A DNA stretch of 64,000 nucleotides from an uncultured Alphaproteobacteria bacterium (GTDB taxonomy: Bacteria; Pseudomonadota; Alphaproteobacteria; Methylaequorales; Methylaequoraceae), in NCBI GenBank assembly GCA_902537615.1, contig CACBBU010000001.1, positions 66,304-130,303 of the forward strand. Direction: 5' to 3'. Of the stretch, positions 18,958-30,249 are shown piece after piece (position 1 is the stretch's first letter; the number at the start of each line of letters is the position of its first letter). Position numbers and translations under genes: made by a program. Below the pieces are notes generated by a model. The model searched no databases, was not told the DNA's origin, and worked only from the letters and a program-made list of their open reading frames with translations.

Positions 18958-19698
18958 TTAAAATTTCATTTTTTTTATATGCTTCCAAAGTCTTTTTAAT
19001 CCTTTGGGAGCATTTGTTTTTCTTCGTTTTGGCCATTTTCTTGTAGGATCTATAATGGTTCTATCTAAACCAATATCTTCAACTGCGGGATTCTCAATTA
19101 TAACTGTGTAAAATCCATTTTTTTTGTACTCTACACCAATATCCAGCTCATTTTTAAATCTTTCGTAACCCCCTATTAACTTATAGTCTTCCATTCTTTT
19201 TACTCCTGGTCTGAAGGAAAAATAACCCCACTCCCAACCAGGCTTGCAAAATACTTTTCTAAAACCAATATTACTCCCTTTAATTTTATTCAACGGTCCA
19301 TAACTAAAAATATCAAGCCTACTTGCACTCTCTTTACTTTCAAGCCAAACCTGAATTATTTTTTTATCAGTTTTTAGGATCTTTAACGACTCTTCAATAA
19401 ATCCACTTCTTGTATAAATCCAGTCATCTTCGCAGTGAAAAATGTAAGGAGTTTTTATTTTTTTGTAAGTATCTACGATAGACTGAATTTGTCCTTTTTT
19501 CTTTTTATTAAAAAATAATTTTAATTTTTTCCCCCATTTTTCTTCTACATGTTTATAAACATTTAAGTCAACTGAATCTTCAACCAAAAAGAAGTCCTCT
19601 AATTGATATGAGTTTTTTTTAAAAAAGCTTTCTAGAGTTGGGTCTAAAAGGTCAACTCTTCCACAACTAGTTAATACAAAAGTTACTTTTTCTTTCAT
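18958..19698 (-). CDS. Putative GT-A-fold (family 2-like) glycosyltransferase
   Basis: N-terminal KVTFVLTSCGRVDLL...FLVEDS resembles the GT2 N-terminal beta-strand / DxD region. This is a weak assignment. Confidence 0.4.
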   Translation of the reverse strand: MKEKVTFVLTSCGRVDLLDPTLESFFKKNSYQLEDFFLVEDSVDLNVYKHVEEKWGKKLKLFFNKKKKGQIQSIVDTYKKIKTPYIFHCEDDWIYTRSGFIEESLKILKTDKKIIQVWLESKESASRLDIFSYGPLNKIKGSNIGFRKVFCKPGWEWGYFSFRPGVKRMEDYKLIGGYERFKNELDIGVEYKKNGFYTVIIENPAVEDIGLDRTIIDPTRKWPKRRKTNAPKGLKRLWKHIKKMKF

Positions 19699-19715
19699 AA
19701 TTTTAAATCTTAAAT

Positions 19716-20432
19716 TTAAATATTAAAATGAATATTTTTATTGTCATTTTTAGAAAAAAAATATGTCCATCCATAAATTGAAATTAATGAATATTTTTTA
19801 TTCAAAAAGTATTTGTAGATTTTATTATTTAAAGGGGGGCAGGTTTTATCATGAATTTCTATTGACACTAAATCAGGATTATATTTGTTAAGTGAAAACC
19901 CGTTGAGTGTATTCAATTCATTTCCCTCAACATCAATATTTAAATAATTAATTTTATTCATATTATACTTTTCTAAAACTGAATCTAATTTTAATTGCTC
20001 TATTTTTACAACCTGAGGATCTTTATTAACACTCTTTCTGGTGTATTCTTTAAATTTGTTATCAACAGTATTCATTGAACAGTTATCGTAAAAAATAAAA
20101 GAATCAATCATTTTCTCTTCTTTACCAACAGATATATTTAAATTGACATCCCTTCTTCTAATCACTTTATTTAACTCAATTACTCTTTTTGAAATGTCTA
20201 TATTAATACCACTCCAACCTTTTTTATAAAGAAGATAAGTAAGAGAAGAAGTTTTTGGTAAATTACAACCAACGTCAACATAAAAACCTTTCTTAAATTC
20301 CTTGAAAAAAAAGTTCACGAAAAGATCCTCGCCAAAATTCTCAGAATATGATTTCTTATATTTTCCAAAAAAATTTATAAATAAATTATAAAAGAATGAA
20401 GATTTTAAATTTTTTCTAATTTTTTTTAACAT
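19716..20432 (-). CDS. FkbM-family methyltransferase
   Basis: FYVDVGCNLPKTSSLTYLLYKKGWSGINID and LNIDVEGNELNTLNG. Paralog of the 13054..13776 product. Confidence 0.7.
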   Translation of the reverse strand: MLKKIRKNLKSSFFYNLFINFFGKYKKSYSENFGEDLFVNFFFKEFKKGFYVDVGCNLPKTSSLTYLLYKKGWSGINIDISKRVIELNKVIRRRDVNLNISVGKEEKMIDSFIFYDNCSMNTVDNKFKEYTRKSVNKDPQVVKIEQLKLDSVLEKYNMNKINYLNIDVEGNELNTLNGFSLNKYNPDLVSIEIHDKTCPPLNNKIYKYFLNKKYSLISIYGWTYFFSKNDNKNIHFNI

Positions 20433-20445
20433 TTACTTTTCCTGT

Positions 20446-20685
20446 TTACTTATATCCTCTAAAGAATATTCTTAAATTTTTGTTTTTTTCTAAAACAAAA
20501 TTATTTGTTACTAAAGCTTCAAGGATTATCCCCCGTAAAACATTTAAAAGCATCTTAGGATTATATACAATTGGTTCACCTCTTATATCAAAAAAAGTAT
20601 TAATCAATATTGGCAATTTGTAAAAGAGAAAATTAAAAAAAATTATAACCAAGGTTTTATACTTTTTTTGTAGAGTTTTCTTCAA
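20446..20685 (-). CDS. Hypothetical small membrane protein (possibly a gene remnant)
   Basis: 79-aa ORF with an N-terminal hydrophobic segment; no motif. Confidence 0.25.
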   Translation of the reverse strand: MKKTLQKKYKTLVIIFFNFLFYKLPILINTFFDIRGEPIVYNPKMLLNVLRGIILEALVTNNFVLEKNKNLRIFFRGYK

Positions 20686-20782
20686 CTATTTATAATTTTC
20701 ATATATTTTTTAAAATTTATATAACAGTTTTTAGGTTGTGTTAATCTAGTAAATACATGGACAATCTTAATAGTGAAGAATA

Positions 20783-21424
20783 ATGTCAATAAATGATTTT
20801 AAAAAAACAAAACTTTGGCACAAAGAGTTTAAAAATCTAGGTTACGACTCAAAGTTGATTTTTAAAAAAGCTAAAACTAAATTTGAAACTTTATCTTCTC
20901 TGAGTTTTTTTTTAACAATAATGGCCTCGGAGATTTTATTAAATCAACCAATCCAAAAAAAAATTAATATTATTCATAATAATTTTCTATATAAGTTTAT
21001 GAGTAAAGATAGTAAAAAAGTTGATAGAGTTGAGATTAATTCATTTAGTTTTAGTCTTTTTATGATTCTTCAAAAGTTATTCAAAGAAGAAGAAACATTT
21101 GAGCAATATGCTGACCAAATTATAAACTTATCTTTTTGCCACTGGTCACAAATTCAAAAAATAAATGAAAAACAATATTTACAAAAAAAACAAAATGTCC
21201 TGAATTTATGGAATAAAAATAAACCTATAGTTTTTTCTAAGATTGAATCTTCTAAAATTGATTTAATAATTTTACTCTATAAAAGTTTTGAAATTGGTAT
21301 TGGAAATAAGGAAATTATAAAAAAAAATATTGCTGTATTAGGTTTTTCTATAAGCAAAGTATTTAAGGAATTTAGATATGATGTTATAAATGAATTTAAA
21401 AAAAAAGAGAAACTAATTAGGTAA
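20783..21424 (+). CDS. Hypothetical protein
   Basis: 213-aa ORF, K-rich, no recognisable motif. Confidence 0.4.
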   Translation: MSINDFKKTKLWHKEFKNLGYDSKLIFKKAKTKFETLSSLSFFLTIMASEILLNQPIQKKINIIHNNFLYKFMSKDSKKVDRVEINSFSFSLFMILQKLFKEEETFEQYADQIINLSFCHWSQIQKINEKQYLQKKQNVLNLWNKNKPIVFSKIESSKIDLIILLYKSFEIGIGNKEIIKKNIAVLGFSISKVFKEFRYDVINEFKKKEKLIR

Positions 21425-21465
21425 ATAAGATTTACTTATCTATATATTTTCCTTATAATCTTACC

Positions 21466-21594
21466 ATGTCAAATAACCTCAATAGTTGTGGTTGTGGCCG
21501 TTCACCTACAGGAAAGTGCAACGGTTGGCATGTTCTAAGTGAAGAAGAATACCAAAAAAAGCTTGCCCTTTTTAATAAGAAATTAAAAAAGTAG
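21466..21594 (+). CDS. Small SEC-C-motif (zinc-ribbon-like) protein, 42 aa
   Basis: Not in the track. ATG at 21466, TAG at 21592-21594. Translates MSNNLNSCGCGRSPTGKCNGWHVLSEEEYQKKLALFNKKLKK. CxCG...GKC..WH resembles the SecA/YchJ SEC-C metal-binding motif. Locally GC-enriched. Confidence 0.4.
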   Translation: MSNNLNSCGCGRSPTGKCNGWHVLSEEEYQKKLALFNKKLKK

Positions 21595-21658
21595 CTTTTC
21601 AAATTTTCTTGAATTCACAAATTTAAATGCACAGGATAGTTAACAAAAAAAATTTCAC

Positions 21659-22831
21659 ATGTTTTTAAAAAATTATTTTTGGATATTTATAATCTTTTTA
21701 TCAAATAGTGTTCTTCTAGCTCAGGACAAATTTAGTAACTATAAAAAATACCAAAAAACAAATCAAAACTTTGAGCTAGTAGAGGTAGCTGATAATTTAA
21801 ATTATCCATGGGGGATGACTTTTATTGACGAGGAAAACCTATTGGTAACAGAAAAAAATGGAAGATTATTTAAGATTAACGTTAAAAACGGGATTAAAAA
21901 GGAAATCAAACTTGAAATTCAAAGTATAAAGTTTAAAAATGTAAAAAAGATCTCAAGCCAGCAAGGCGGCCTACTTGATGTTCTTTATAATAGGGGATGG
22001 ATTTATTTTAGTTACAGTCACGTTTTCAAAAAAGGTAACATAGATGATCGTAGTTCCAGTAGGTTTTCTAGTACTGCAATAGCGAGGGGAATTCTGAAAG
22101 ATAATAAGATTTCGAATTTAGAAGTTTTATTTATTGCTAAACCAAAACTTATTTCTGGAAAGCATTTTGGCTCAAGAATGGTTATTAAAGACCAGTTTAT
22201 TTTTGCAAGTTTTGGTGATAGAGGTCTTGGTATGATTGCTCAAGACCCTGGACAGCACCCTGGAAGTATAATAAGAATTAAAACTGATGGTTCTTTGCCA
22301 TCTGATAACCCCAAAGCGAAAGGGAAAGAAAATTGGCTTCCTGAGATTTTTCAAATTGGATTACGAAATCCTCAGGGAATGACTATTAACCCAGATAATA
22401 ATAGAATTTATTTTTCTAATCATGGACCTCGAGGTGGTGACTCTATTGGTGTGGTAAACTTTGCAGGAAACTACGGTTGGAAAGAAATTGCTTGGGGTGG
22501 AACTGAATATATTGGAACAAAAATTGGTAAATCAGCTCTTGACAATATTTACGATGAACCAGCAAAAATTTGGGTTCCTTCAATTGGAGTAGGAAACCTA
22601 AAATTTTATAATGGAAAGACCTTTTCCAACTGGACAGGTGATCTTTTAGTCACTGCAACTGGATCAAAAATGTTGATAAGAATTAACTTTGAAAATGAAA
22701 AGATCATAAGCGAAGAATTTATTCTTAAAGATGAGATTGGGAGAGTTAGAGACCTTGAAATTGATGTAAATGGTGATATATATTTGATTTCTGACGAATA
22801 CAATTCCAAACTTTGGAAAATAACGAAATAA
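21659..22831 (+). CDS. PQQ-dependent soluble sugar (glucose/sorbosone) dehydrogenase family protein
   Basis: Signal peptide; NYPWGMTFIDEENLLVTEKNGRL, GLRNPQGMT, NYGWKEIAWGG motifs of the SGDH beta-propeller family. Confidence 0.8.
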   Translation: MFLKNYFWIFIIFLSNSVLLAQDKFSNYKKYQKTNQNFELVEVADNLNYPWGMTFIDEENLLVTEKNGRLFKINVKNGIKKEIKLEIQSIKFKNVKKISSQQGGLLDVLYNRGWIYFSYSHVFKKGNIDDRSSSRFSSTAIARGILKDNKISNLEVLFIAKPKLISGKHFGSRMVIKDQFIFASFGDRGLGMIAQDPGQHPGSIIRIKTDGSLPSDNPKAKGKENWLPEIFQIGLRNPQGMTINPDNNRIYFSNHGPRGGDSIGVVNFAGNYGWKEIAWGGTEYIGTKIGKSALDNIYDEPAKIWVPSIGVGNLKFYNGKTFSNWTGDLLVTATGSKMLIRINFENEKIISEEFILKDEIGRVRDLEIDVNGDIYLISDEYNSKLWKITK

Positions 22832-22873
22832 AACTTAATTCATTTATTTAACTTAAAAGAAACATACTTTTGA

Positions 22874-24322
22874 TTAATAAGGAAGGTTGGTTTTTCCCAT
22901 TAAAAACTTGTCAACTGAGTGAGCGACTTGTCTTCCTTCTCTAATTGCCCAAACAACAAGAGATTGTCCTCTTCTCATATCTCCTGAAACAAATATTTTT
23001 TTCTTATTAGTTTTATAGTCAAAATCATTCGCTTTAACGTTTCCTCGTTCATCAAGGTCTAACCCTAATTTTTCAATTAATTTGTCTTTTTTAGGATGAA
23101 GGAAACCCATCGCTAAAAGAACAAGATCGGCTTTAATATCTATTTCAGAATGACTACCTTTTAAATCTTTTAGTTCTAATTGACCGTTTTCGTTTTTTTC
23201 CCAATTTACTTTTTTTAGCCTAAGGGAGCTTACCTTATTTTTATTTCCTTCAAAAAGTTTTGTGGAAACGCTCCAATTTCTTGATACACCTTCTTCGTGT
23301 GAGCTTGATGTTCTCAATTTAAGAGGCCAGTTTGGCCATGTCAAAAGTTTGTTTTCTTTTTCAGGAGGCTTATCTAAGATTTCTAGCTGTGTTACGGATT
23401 TTGCTCCTTGACGATTTGATGTTCCTATACAATCAGATCCGGTATCGCCTCCGCCTATAACAACCACATGCTTATCTTTTGCTGATATTTTTTCTTTATC
23501 CTGTATTTTGTCACCTTCACACTTTTTGTTTTGAAGAGTTAAAAAATCCATCGCAAAATGAATTCCATCTAGTTGTCGTCCAGGTATTTTCAAATCTCTT
23601 GGCTCTTCTGAACCACATGCTAAGACAACTGCATCAAACTTTTCTAGTATTTCTTTTGCATCAATATTTCCGCCTATATAGCTGTTACATTTAAATTCCA
23701 CACCCTCTTTCTGCATTTGTAAAATTCGTTTGTCTATATAATGCTTTTCCATTTTAAAATTAGGAATGCCATATCTTAGTAAACCACCGACTCTATCATT
23801 TTTCTCAAAAACAATAACCGTATGACCGGCTCTTGCAAGTTGTTGAGCGCTTGCTAGACCAGCTGGGCCAGATCCAACTACGGCAATTTTCTTTCCGGTT
23901 TTATTTTTATTAATTTGTGGAACAACCCATCCCATCTCGTAACCTTTGTCAATAATTGATCTTTCAATACCTTTAATTGCAACGGGGTTATCTTCAATAT
24001 TCAATGTGCAGGACGCTTCACATGGAGCTGGACAAACTCTTCCAGTGAATTCTGGAAAATTATTTGTTGAATGAAGTGTTTTTAAGGCATTCTCCCAATC
24101 CTTGTCATAAACTAACTCATTCCATTCAGGGATAATATTATTTACAGGGCATGAGCTGTGACAATACGGGATCCCACAGTTCATACATCTTGACGCTTGT
24201 TCATTAAGAACCTTACTAGAATAAGGAATAATAAACTCTTTGAAGTTTTTTACCCTTGTCTTAGGTGAAATTGATTTATTCTCTACTCTATCAAATTCTA
24301 AAAAACCTGTTACTTTTCCCAT
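22874..24322 (-). CDS. gltD: Glutamate synthase (NADPH) small subunit
   Basis: N-terminal Fe-S Cys cluster ([17 protein letters not shown]), FAD/NAD dinucleotide motifs [12 protein letters not shown] and [12 protein letters not shown]. 13-nt overlap with gltB. Confidence 0.95.
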   Translation of the reverse strand: MGKVTGFLEFDRVENKSISPKTRVKNFKEFIIPYSSKVLNEQASRCMNCGIPYCHSSCPVNNIIPEWNELVYDKDWENALKTLHSTNNFPEFTGRVCPAPCEASCTLNIEDNPVAIKGIERSIIDKGYEMGWVVPQINKNKTGKKIAVVGSGPAGLASAQQLARAGHTVIVFEKNDRVGGLLRYGIPNFKMEKHYIDKRILQMQKEGVEFKCNSYIGGNIDAKEILEKFDAVVLACGSEEPRDLKIPGRQLDGIHFAMDFLTLQNKKCEGDKIQDKEKISAKDKHVVVIGGGDTGSDCIGTSNRQGAKSVTQLEILDKPPEKENKLLTWPNWPLKLRTSSSHEEGVSRNWSVSTKLFEGNKNKVSSLRLKKVNWEKNENGQLELKDLKGSHSEIDIKADLVLLAMGFLHPKKDKLIEKLGLDLDERGNVKANDFDYKTNKKKIFVSGDMRRGQSLVVWAIREGRQVAHSVDKFLMGKTNLPY

Positions 24323-27300
24323 AAATTATCTTTACCTGCTTTTGAGTTTTCTAATTTTTTATTTTCAATAGCTTTTTTAAAGTCAATTGGTAATACCTTA
24401 ACAAAATATTTAATTTCTTCATCAAAATTATTCAAAATAAATCTCGACCTCAAGGAATTTGTATAGTTGGTATGTCTAGTTAATAGCTCCTTAATCCTTA
24501 GCTCATCACTATCAAGGAAAGAAAATTTATTGAAGATATTATTAAATCTATTTGAATCATCTTTATCAATCTTTTGGGTTTCAACCATTGAGAAATTACA
24601 CTTTGAAGAAAATTTGTCATATTTGTCATAAACATATGCTATACCACCACTCATTCCTGCACCAAAGTTAACACCTGTTTCTCCTAAAACCATTACAACT
24701 CCACCGGTCATATATTCACAACAGTGATCTCCTGTTCCTTCAACAACTGCAATTGCCCCAGAATTTCTAACAGCAAATCTTTCGCCAGCAACTCCAGCAA
24801 AAAAACACTCACCAGCTATAGCCCCGTAAAGAACTGTATTCCCAATGATAATATTTTTATATGAATCAATTTTAGAATTAACAAAAGGTTTAATTATTAT
24901 TCTACCTCCTGATAAACCTTTTCCCACGTAATCGTTGGCTTCACCATTTAAATTTAAGGTTACTCCTTTGGATAAAAACGTGCCAAAACTTTGTCCAGCT
25001 GTTCCGCTAAGATTAATTATAATTGAATCTTCATTTAATCCTTTATGTCCAAATTTTTCCGCGATTTTACCTGACAACATTGCGCCAAAACTTCTGTCTG
25101 TGTTTTTAATTAACTTATTAATTTGGATAGTTCTTTTTGTTTCCTTTAATACATCGTGAGCTTCTTTAATTACTTTTAAATCAAGCGCATTCTCAATGTC
25201 ATGGTTTTGGTACGAGGAATTAAAATTTTCTTTTTGACTTATTGTACTTGGTCTCCAAAGTATTTTTGTTAAATCTATGTCTTTTGCTTTCCAATGATCA
25301 ATGGCACCTTGTTTACATAAAAAGTCCGATCTTCCTATTAAGTCATCAAATTTTTTGACCCCTAGACTTGCCATAATTTCTCTAACTTCCTCTGCCACTA
25401 GAAAAAAATAATTAATTACATTTTCAGGTGTCCCAACGAATTTTTTTCTTAACGTTTCGTTTTGCGTTGCTACTCCTACAGGACATGTGTTTAAATGACA
25501 TTTCCTCATCATTATGCAACCTATTGAAACTAACGGAGCAGTTGAAAAACCAAATTCATCGGCACCTAACAAAGCTCCTATAATTACATCTCTACCGGTT
25601 TTTAAACCACCATCAACCTGTAACGAAATTCTATCTCTAAGTTTATTCATAACCAAGGTCTGATGAGTCTCTGCGAGACCAAGCTCCCATGGGCTTCCTG
25701 CATTTTTAATTGATGTCAAGGGTGATGCACCTGTACCACCATCGTAACCAGCAATCGTAATATGATCTGCCTTACATTTAGTAACTCCGGCAGCTACAAC
25801 TCCAACACCAAATTCTGAAACTAATTTTACGCTTATTCTAGCCTTAGGATTAACATTTTTTAAGTCAAAAATAAGCTGTGCTAAATCTTCTATGGAATAA
25901 ATATCATGATGAGGCGGAGGAGAAATAAGTCCTACACCAGGAGTGGAATGTCTTACCTCTGCTATTTTTTCATCAACCTTATGTCCGGGAAGTTGTCCTC
26001 CTTCCCCAGGTTTTGCTCCCTGTGCAATTTTAATTTGGATATCATTTGCGTTAACTAAATACTCTGTAGTTACACCAAACCTTCCTGATGCAACTTGTTT
26101 AATTGCACTTTTTAAAGAATCTCCATTTTTAAGTTTTTTAAAGCGTTGAGGTTCTTCGCCGCCTTCGCCAGTATTAGACTTTCCTCCTATTCTGTTCATA
26201 GCAATGGCCAGGGTGGTGTGAGCTTCTCTAGAAATTGAACCAAAAGACATAGCACCAGTTGAAAATCTCTTGACAATTTCTTCAGCTTTTTCTACTTCTT
26301 CAATTGGAATAGCTTTTTTAGTCTTAAATTCAAATAAACTTCTTATTGTAAGCATTGATTTACTATGATCATTAATTTGGTTTGAAAAATCTTTGAAAGA
26401 ATCTTTTGAATTTATTCTCACGGCTTGTTGGAGATTAGAAATTGTTGAAGGCGACCACGCGTGCTTTTCGCCGTTAATTCTGAAGGCGTATTCCCCTCCA
26501 TCAAGTAATTTTGAACTCTTATTTGATTCCTTAATTCTATTAAACCTATTTAAGGTCTCTCTTTGTAATTGATTTAAGCTGATCCCACCAATTAAGGAGG
26601 AAGTTCCATAAAAGAACTTTTCTACAAGCTTCTCAGATAAGCCTATCGCGTCAAAGATTTGTGCACCACAATAGGATTTTAGTGTTGAAATACCCATTTT
26701 GGACATGATTTTTAAAATGGCCTTACCAGATGCTTTAACAAAGTTTTCTCTAGCTATTTTTTTATCATTGGAATCTGAGAGTTTATCTATGGTTTCAAAA
26801 GCCAAATACGGATTTATAGCTTCTGCACCATATCCAAATAAAACTGAAAAATGATGTAGCTCTCTGGCTTCGCCAGTCTCTAGTATAATACTTGCTTTCA
26901 TTCTCAAGCCTTCTTTTATTAAATAATGATGAACAGCAGAAACTGCTAATAAAGCCGGTATTGGAGCATTAACTCTAGAGAAATTTTTGTCTGAAAGGAT
27001 TATAATATTACTTCCATCTTTAATTAGTGATTTAACCTCATAACATATTTTATCAATACCTTCTTGAAGTTCATTTCCAGAATTAGAATTCTTAAATAAT
27101 ATATCAACCTTTGAAGTTTTTAACCTTCCATTAGTGAGGTTTCTCAAATTAATGATTGATTGAATCTCATCGTTACTTAATATTGGCTGATCTAATTCAA
27201 GTCTTAGGTAATTATTTTGATCAGGTGTAGAAAAAATATTTGGTTTTGACCCTAGGCTCATTTTTAAAGACATGACCAATTCTTCTCTGATTGGATCTAT

Positions 27301-28878
27301 AGGCGGGTTTGTTACTTGAGCAAAACATTGTTTAAAATAAGAATACAGTAGTTTAGTCTGACTACATAAAAGAGATATTGGAGTATCTGTTCCCATTGAT
27401 CCGGTAGGTTCAACGCCAGATTTAAGCATCGGGTTTAAAAAAAATGAAATATCTTCTTTTGTATAACCGAATGCAGTTTGATGAAGTTTAAGTTGGTCAA
27501 GTTCTAGATTTTTAGAGACTTCTTTATTTGTGATATCACTAATGAATATTTGGTTTTTTTTTAAATGAGACTCGTAATTATTTTTTGTTGCATATTTTTC
27601 TTTTATTTCTTCATTATCAATTATTTTTTTTTCAATCAAATCTATCAAAAAAATTTTTCCGGGTTGTAGCCTCCATCTTTTTTTTACATTGGATGCATCA
27701 ATGGGTAATACACCCATTTCGGAGGATAACAAGACAGTTCCGTCATCCGTAATTAAATACCTTGAAGGTCTTAAACCATTTCTATCTAAAATAGCTCCAA
27801 TTTTTTTACCATCAGTAAAACACATCGCTGCTGGACCATCCCATGGCTCAATAAAGTTAGAATGATAATTGAAATAATCATTAACTTGTTTAGAGTGATG
27901 TTTATTTTTTTCCCAGGCTTCTGGTATTAAAAGCATCATTGCCTCTTCAATATCAAACCCACCTATGACTAGATATTCTAAAGCGTTATCAAAAGCAGCT
28001 GAGTCGGATACACCTTCAAAAATAAGCGGATTAATATCCTTGAACTCATCAGAAAAAAATATTGAATCCGAAATTCTTGCTCTTGCATTCATCCAGTTTA
28101 CATTACCTCGTAGAGTATTAATTTCTCCATTATGACATAAAAATCTGAATGGTTGAGCTAACTCCCAACTTGGGAAAGTGTTAGTTGAAAATCTTTGATG
28201 AACAATTGCCAATGAAGATATAAATAATTCATCCTGAAAGTCTAAATAGAAGTCTCCTAGGTTATTTGACATTACCATACCCTTGTAGATGATTACTCTA
28301 GGCGATAAAGATACAACATAAAAATCAAATGATTTAAGCTCAATCTCCATATTTCTTCTAGCCAAAAATAATTTGGATTCAAATTGATTTATCTTTTGTG
28401 AAGGTTTTGTTTCGCGAACAAAATATTGAATTATTGAAGGCTCTTTTCCAATTATTGATTTACCAAGAATATCTCTATTTGTAGGTACATTTCTTTTTAC
28501 AATAATCTCTAAACCAAATTTTTTAAAATACTTAGTTATTATAACAAAGCAATATTCTTTTTCTTCCATATTTCTAGGTAAAAAAAACATTCCAACAGCA
28601 TAGTCATCAGGTCTAGGCAAAATGGTGTTGGTAGTTGACAGTTCCTTTTGAAAAAATTGATGCGGTATTTGTGTTAAAATGCCTACCCCGTCTCCTGCCT
28701 TTGGGTCAGCGCTGACAGCGCCTCTATGAGTTAAATTACTGAGTAATTTGAGCCCGTTATCAATTATTGATCTAGATGGAATATCATAGATGTTAGCTAC
28801 AAGACCGATTCCACATGAATCCTTCTCATACTTTGAGTCGTAAAGTCCTTTTTTTCTTTTTTTTAAAAACATTCTCAA
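24310..28878 (-). CDS. gltB: Glutamate synthase large subunit
   Basis: 1522 aa. N-terminal amidotransferase MxxxxKDSCGIG, FMN/3Fe-4S central domain, C-terminal GXGXG domain. Highly conserved throughout. Confidence 0.97.
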   Translation of the reverse strand: MRMFLKKRKKGLYDSKYEKDSCGIGLVANIYDIPSRSIIDNGLKLLSNLTHRGAVSADPKAGDGVGILTQIPHQFFQKELSTTNTILPRPDDYAVGMFFLPRNMEEKEYCFVIITKYFKKFGLEIIVKRNVPTNRDILGKSIIGKEPSIIQYFVRETKPSQKINQFESKLFLARRNMEIELKSFDFYVVSLSPRVIIYKGMVMSNNLGDFYLDFQDELFISSLAIVHQRFSTNTFPSWELAQPFRFLCHNGEINTLRGNVNWMNARARISDSIFFSDEFKDINPLIFEGVSDSAAFDNALEYLVIGGFDIEEAMMLLIPEAWEKNKHHSKQVNDYFNYHSNFIEPWDGPAAMCFTDGKKIGAILDRNGLRPSRYLITDDGTVLLSSEMGVLPIDASNVKKRWRLQPGKIFLIDLIEKKIIDNEEIKEKYATKNNYESHLKKNQIFISDITNKEVSKNLELDQLKLHQTAFGYTKEDISFFLNPMLKSGVEPTGSMGTDTPISLLCSQTKLLYSYFKQCFAQVTNPPIDPIREELVMSLKMSLGSKPNIFSTPDQNNYLRLELDQPILSNDEIQSIINLRNLTNGRLKTSKVDILFKNSNSGNELQEGIDKICYEVKSLIKDGSNIIILSDKNFSRVNAPIPALLAVSAVHHYLIKEGLRMKASIILETGEARELHHFSVLFGYGAEAINPYLAFETIDKLSDSNDKKIARENFVKASGKAILKIMSKMGISTLKSYCGAQIFDAIGLSEKLVEKFFYGTSSLIGGISLNQLQRETLNRFNRIKESNKSSKLLDGGEYAFRINGEKHAWSPSTISNLQQAVRINSKDSFKDFSNQINDHSKSMLTIRSLFEFKTKKAIPIEEVEKAEEIVKRFSTGAMSFGSISREAHTTLAIAMNRIGGKSNTGEGGEEPQRFKKLKNGDSLKSAIKQVASGRFGVTTEYLVNANDIQIKIAQGAKPGEGGQLPGHKVDEKIAEVRHSTPGVGLISPPPHHDIYSIEDLAQLIFDLKNVNPKARISVKLVSEFGVGVVAAGVTKCKADHITIAGYDGGTGASPLTSIKNAGSPWELGLAETHQTLVMNKLRDRISLQVDGGLKTGRDVIIGALLGADEFGFSTAPLVSIGCIMMRKCHLNTCPVGVATQNETLRKKFVGTPENVINYFFLVAEEVREIMASLGVKKFDDLIGRSDFLCKQGAIDHWKAKDIDLTKILWRPSTISQKENFNSSYQNHDIENALDLKVIKEAHDVLKETKRTIQINKLIKNTDRSFGAMLSGKIAEKFGHKGLNEDSIIINLSGTAGQSFGTFLSKGVTLNLNGEANDYVGKGLSGGRIIIKPFVNSKIDSYKNIIIGNTVLYGAIAGECFFAGVAGERFAVRNSGAIAVVEGTGDHCCEYMTGGVVMVLGETGVNFGAGMSGGIAYVYDKYDKFSSKCNFSMVETQKIDKDDSNRFNNIFNKFSFLDSDELRIKELLTRHTNYTNSLRSRFILNNFDEEIKYFVKVLPIDFKKAIENKKLENSKAGKDNLWEK

Positions 28879-28926
28879 TTAATATTTATGATTAAAAGCA
28901 CTGTTTATCAATACTTTAATAACTTT

Positions 28927-29616
28927 TTAATCAAAATTCATTACTTTTTCATAGTATATGTTTCCCATTGTCTCTGAATCAGAAATTTCTTCTCTTATTA
29001 ACTTCACTAACCCTAAGCCTGGAGCGTACCATTCGGTTTTTTTAATCCTAATATCAATTTTACCTAATGGTGCTCCAGGAAAAAAACTGGTTTGACCAAA
29101 TCCTTCAATTTTTAAACAATTTTTTAAAATTTTATTTTTAATTTTAACAGTCTCATTTAAGCTCGTTACTTTGTTTTCTATATTGATTGGTAGTAAAGTT
29201 CTATAAATTCTATCATAGCCTAATTTCACCACTAATGTGGTCAGGTCATTTGTGTTCCAGGACTTATTATTTTCTAAGGTTATTTGATAAACAATATTGT
29301 CACGTTCAAACGCTAATTTCTCCTTGGGACGGTCAACAAGACCAGGGAATAGATATTGAACATCTTTGAGGATAAGTCTTTGTGGCTCTTTTTTATATTC
29401 TATAACTTTCCCGTCACTTCTGACTAATAAAGATTTTCTCTTATCTGACTCCTTTAAAAAGTAAGATTGTTTGTATTTTTTAGTTATTTTTTCTTTATCA
29501 ATAAATTTGATGTCGTAGTGAAGTGTTTGTCCTGTTTTTAAAGAGCTGAAGTGTTCATTTTTATTACATGAAAATAATAAAAAAATAAATAAAAGTGAAT
29601 AGTAAAAGGGCTTCAT
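28927..29616 (-). CDS. Hypothetical lipoprotein
   Basis: Signal peptide with lipobox LLFSC; no other motif. Confidence 0.5.
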   Translation of the reverse strand: MKPFYYSLLFIFLLFSCNKNEHFSSLKTGQTLHYDIKFIDKEKITKKYKQSYFLKESDKRKSLLVRSDGKVIEYKKEPQRLILKDVQYLFPGLVDRPKEKLAFERDNIVYQITLENNKSWNTNDLTTLVVKLGYDRIYRTLLPINIENKVTSLNETVKIKNKILKNCLKIEGFGQTSFFPGAPLGKIDIRIKKTEWYAPGLGLVKLIREEISDSETMGNIYYEKVMNFD

Positions 29617-29643
29617 CAGGGTACTAAGTTGGTTAATCTAAAA

Positions 29644-30249
29644 TTATTTTTCTTCTCTTACTAAATGTGAATAACCAAGTTTATATTCAAGAGCATTACA
29701 TAGCATCTGTCCTATTAAAATATGCATTTCTTGTATCCTTGAAGTATTAAGGGCAGGGACAGAAATTATTTCATCACAGAAACCACTGACTAAACGTGTA
29801 TAATTTCCTGTAAAAACTACACATTTGAGTCCTTTTTTCCTTGCAGTTTTAAAAGCATTAATAATGTTCTTACTCTTACCAGAAGTTGTAAACCCAATTG
29901 CAACATCATCTTTATCACCTAGGGCTTCAATTTGTCTTGAAAATATAAAATCAAATCCAAAATCATTTCCTATTGCAGTTAGGGCTGATGTATCAGTTGC
30001 TAGTGATATCGCTGGAATTGCTTTACGATTTTCAGAAAACCTAACTGTCAACTCTGTTGCTAAATGTTGGGCATCTGAGGCACTTCCACCATTCCCAAAA
30101 AAAAGAATTTTTTTTCTTCTTTTAAGTGAACTTAAACAAATTTTTATTAAATTCAAAAAAGAAGACTGAAGTTTTTTTTGACAATTACTTGCGACTCTAT
30201 TGTGTTCATCAAACTGATTATTAAAAAAATCTTTTAAATCTTTACTCAC
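29644..30249 (-). CDS. gmhA: D-sedoheptulose-7-phosphate isomerase (phosphoheptose isomerase, SIS domain)
   Basis: FGNGGSASDAQHLATEL and NDFGFDFIFSRQIEALGDKDDVAIGFTTSGKSKN align closely with E. coli GmhA (CGNGGSHCDAMHFAEEL; NDFGFNDIFSRYVEAVG...GISTSGNS). Apparent GTG start. Confidence 0.85.
   Translation of the reverse strand: MSKDLKDFFNNQFDEHNRVASNCQKKLQSSFLNLIKICLSSLKRRKKILFFGNGGSASDAQHLATELTVRFSENRKAIPAISLATDTSALTAIGNDFGFDFIFSRQIEALGDKDDVAIGFTTSGKSKNIINAFKTARKKGLKCVVFTGNYTRLVSGFCDEIISVPALNTSRIQEMHILIGQMLCNALEYKLGYSHLVREEK

Noticed and set aside
5680-22809. Track ORFs 5680..5901, 9858..10058, 9958..10140, 11010..11216, 11343..11651, 12236..12418, 13230..13538, 14131..14547, 16891..17088, 17732..17947, 22172..22354, 22606..22809
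   Set aside because: All are embedded in or antisense to longer ORFs carrying recognisable motifs (FkbM, radical SAM, DegT, PQQ-dehydrogenase and others). They have no motifs of their own. They were rejected as spurious.
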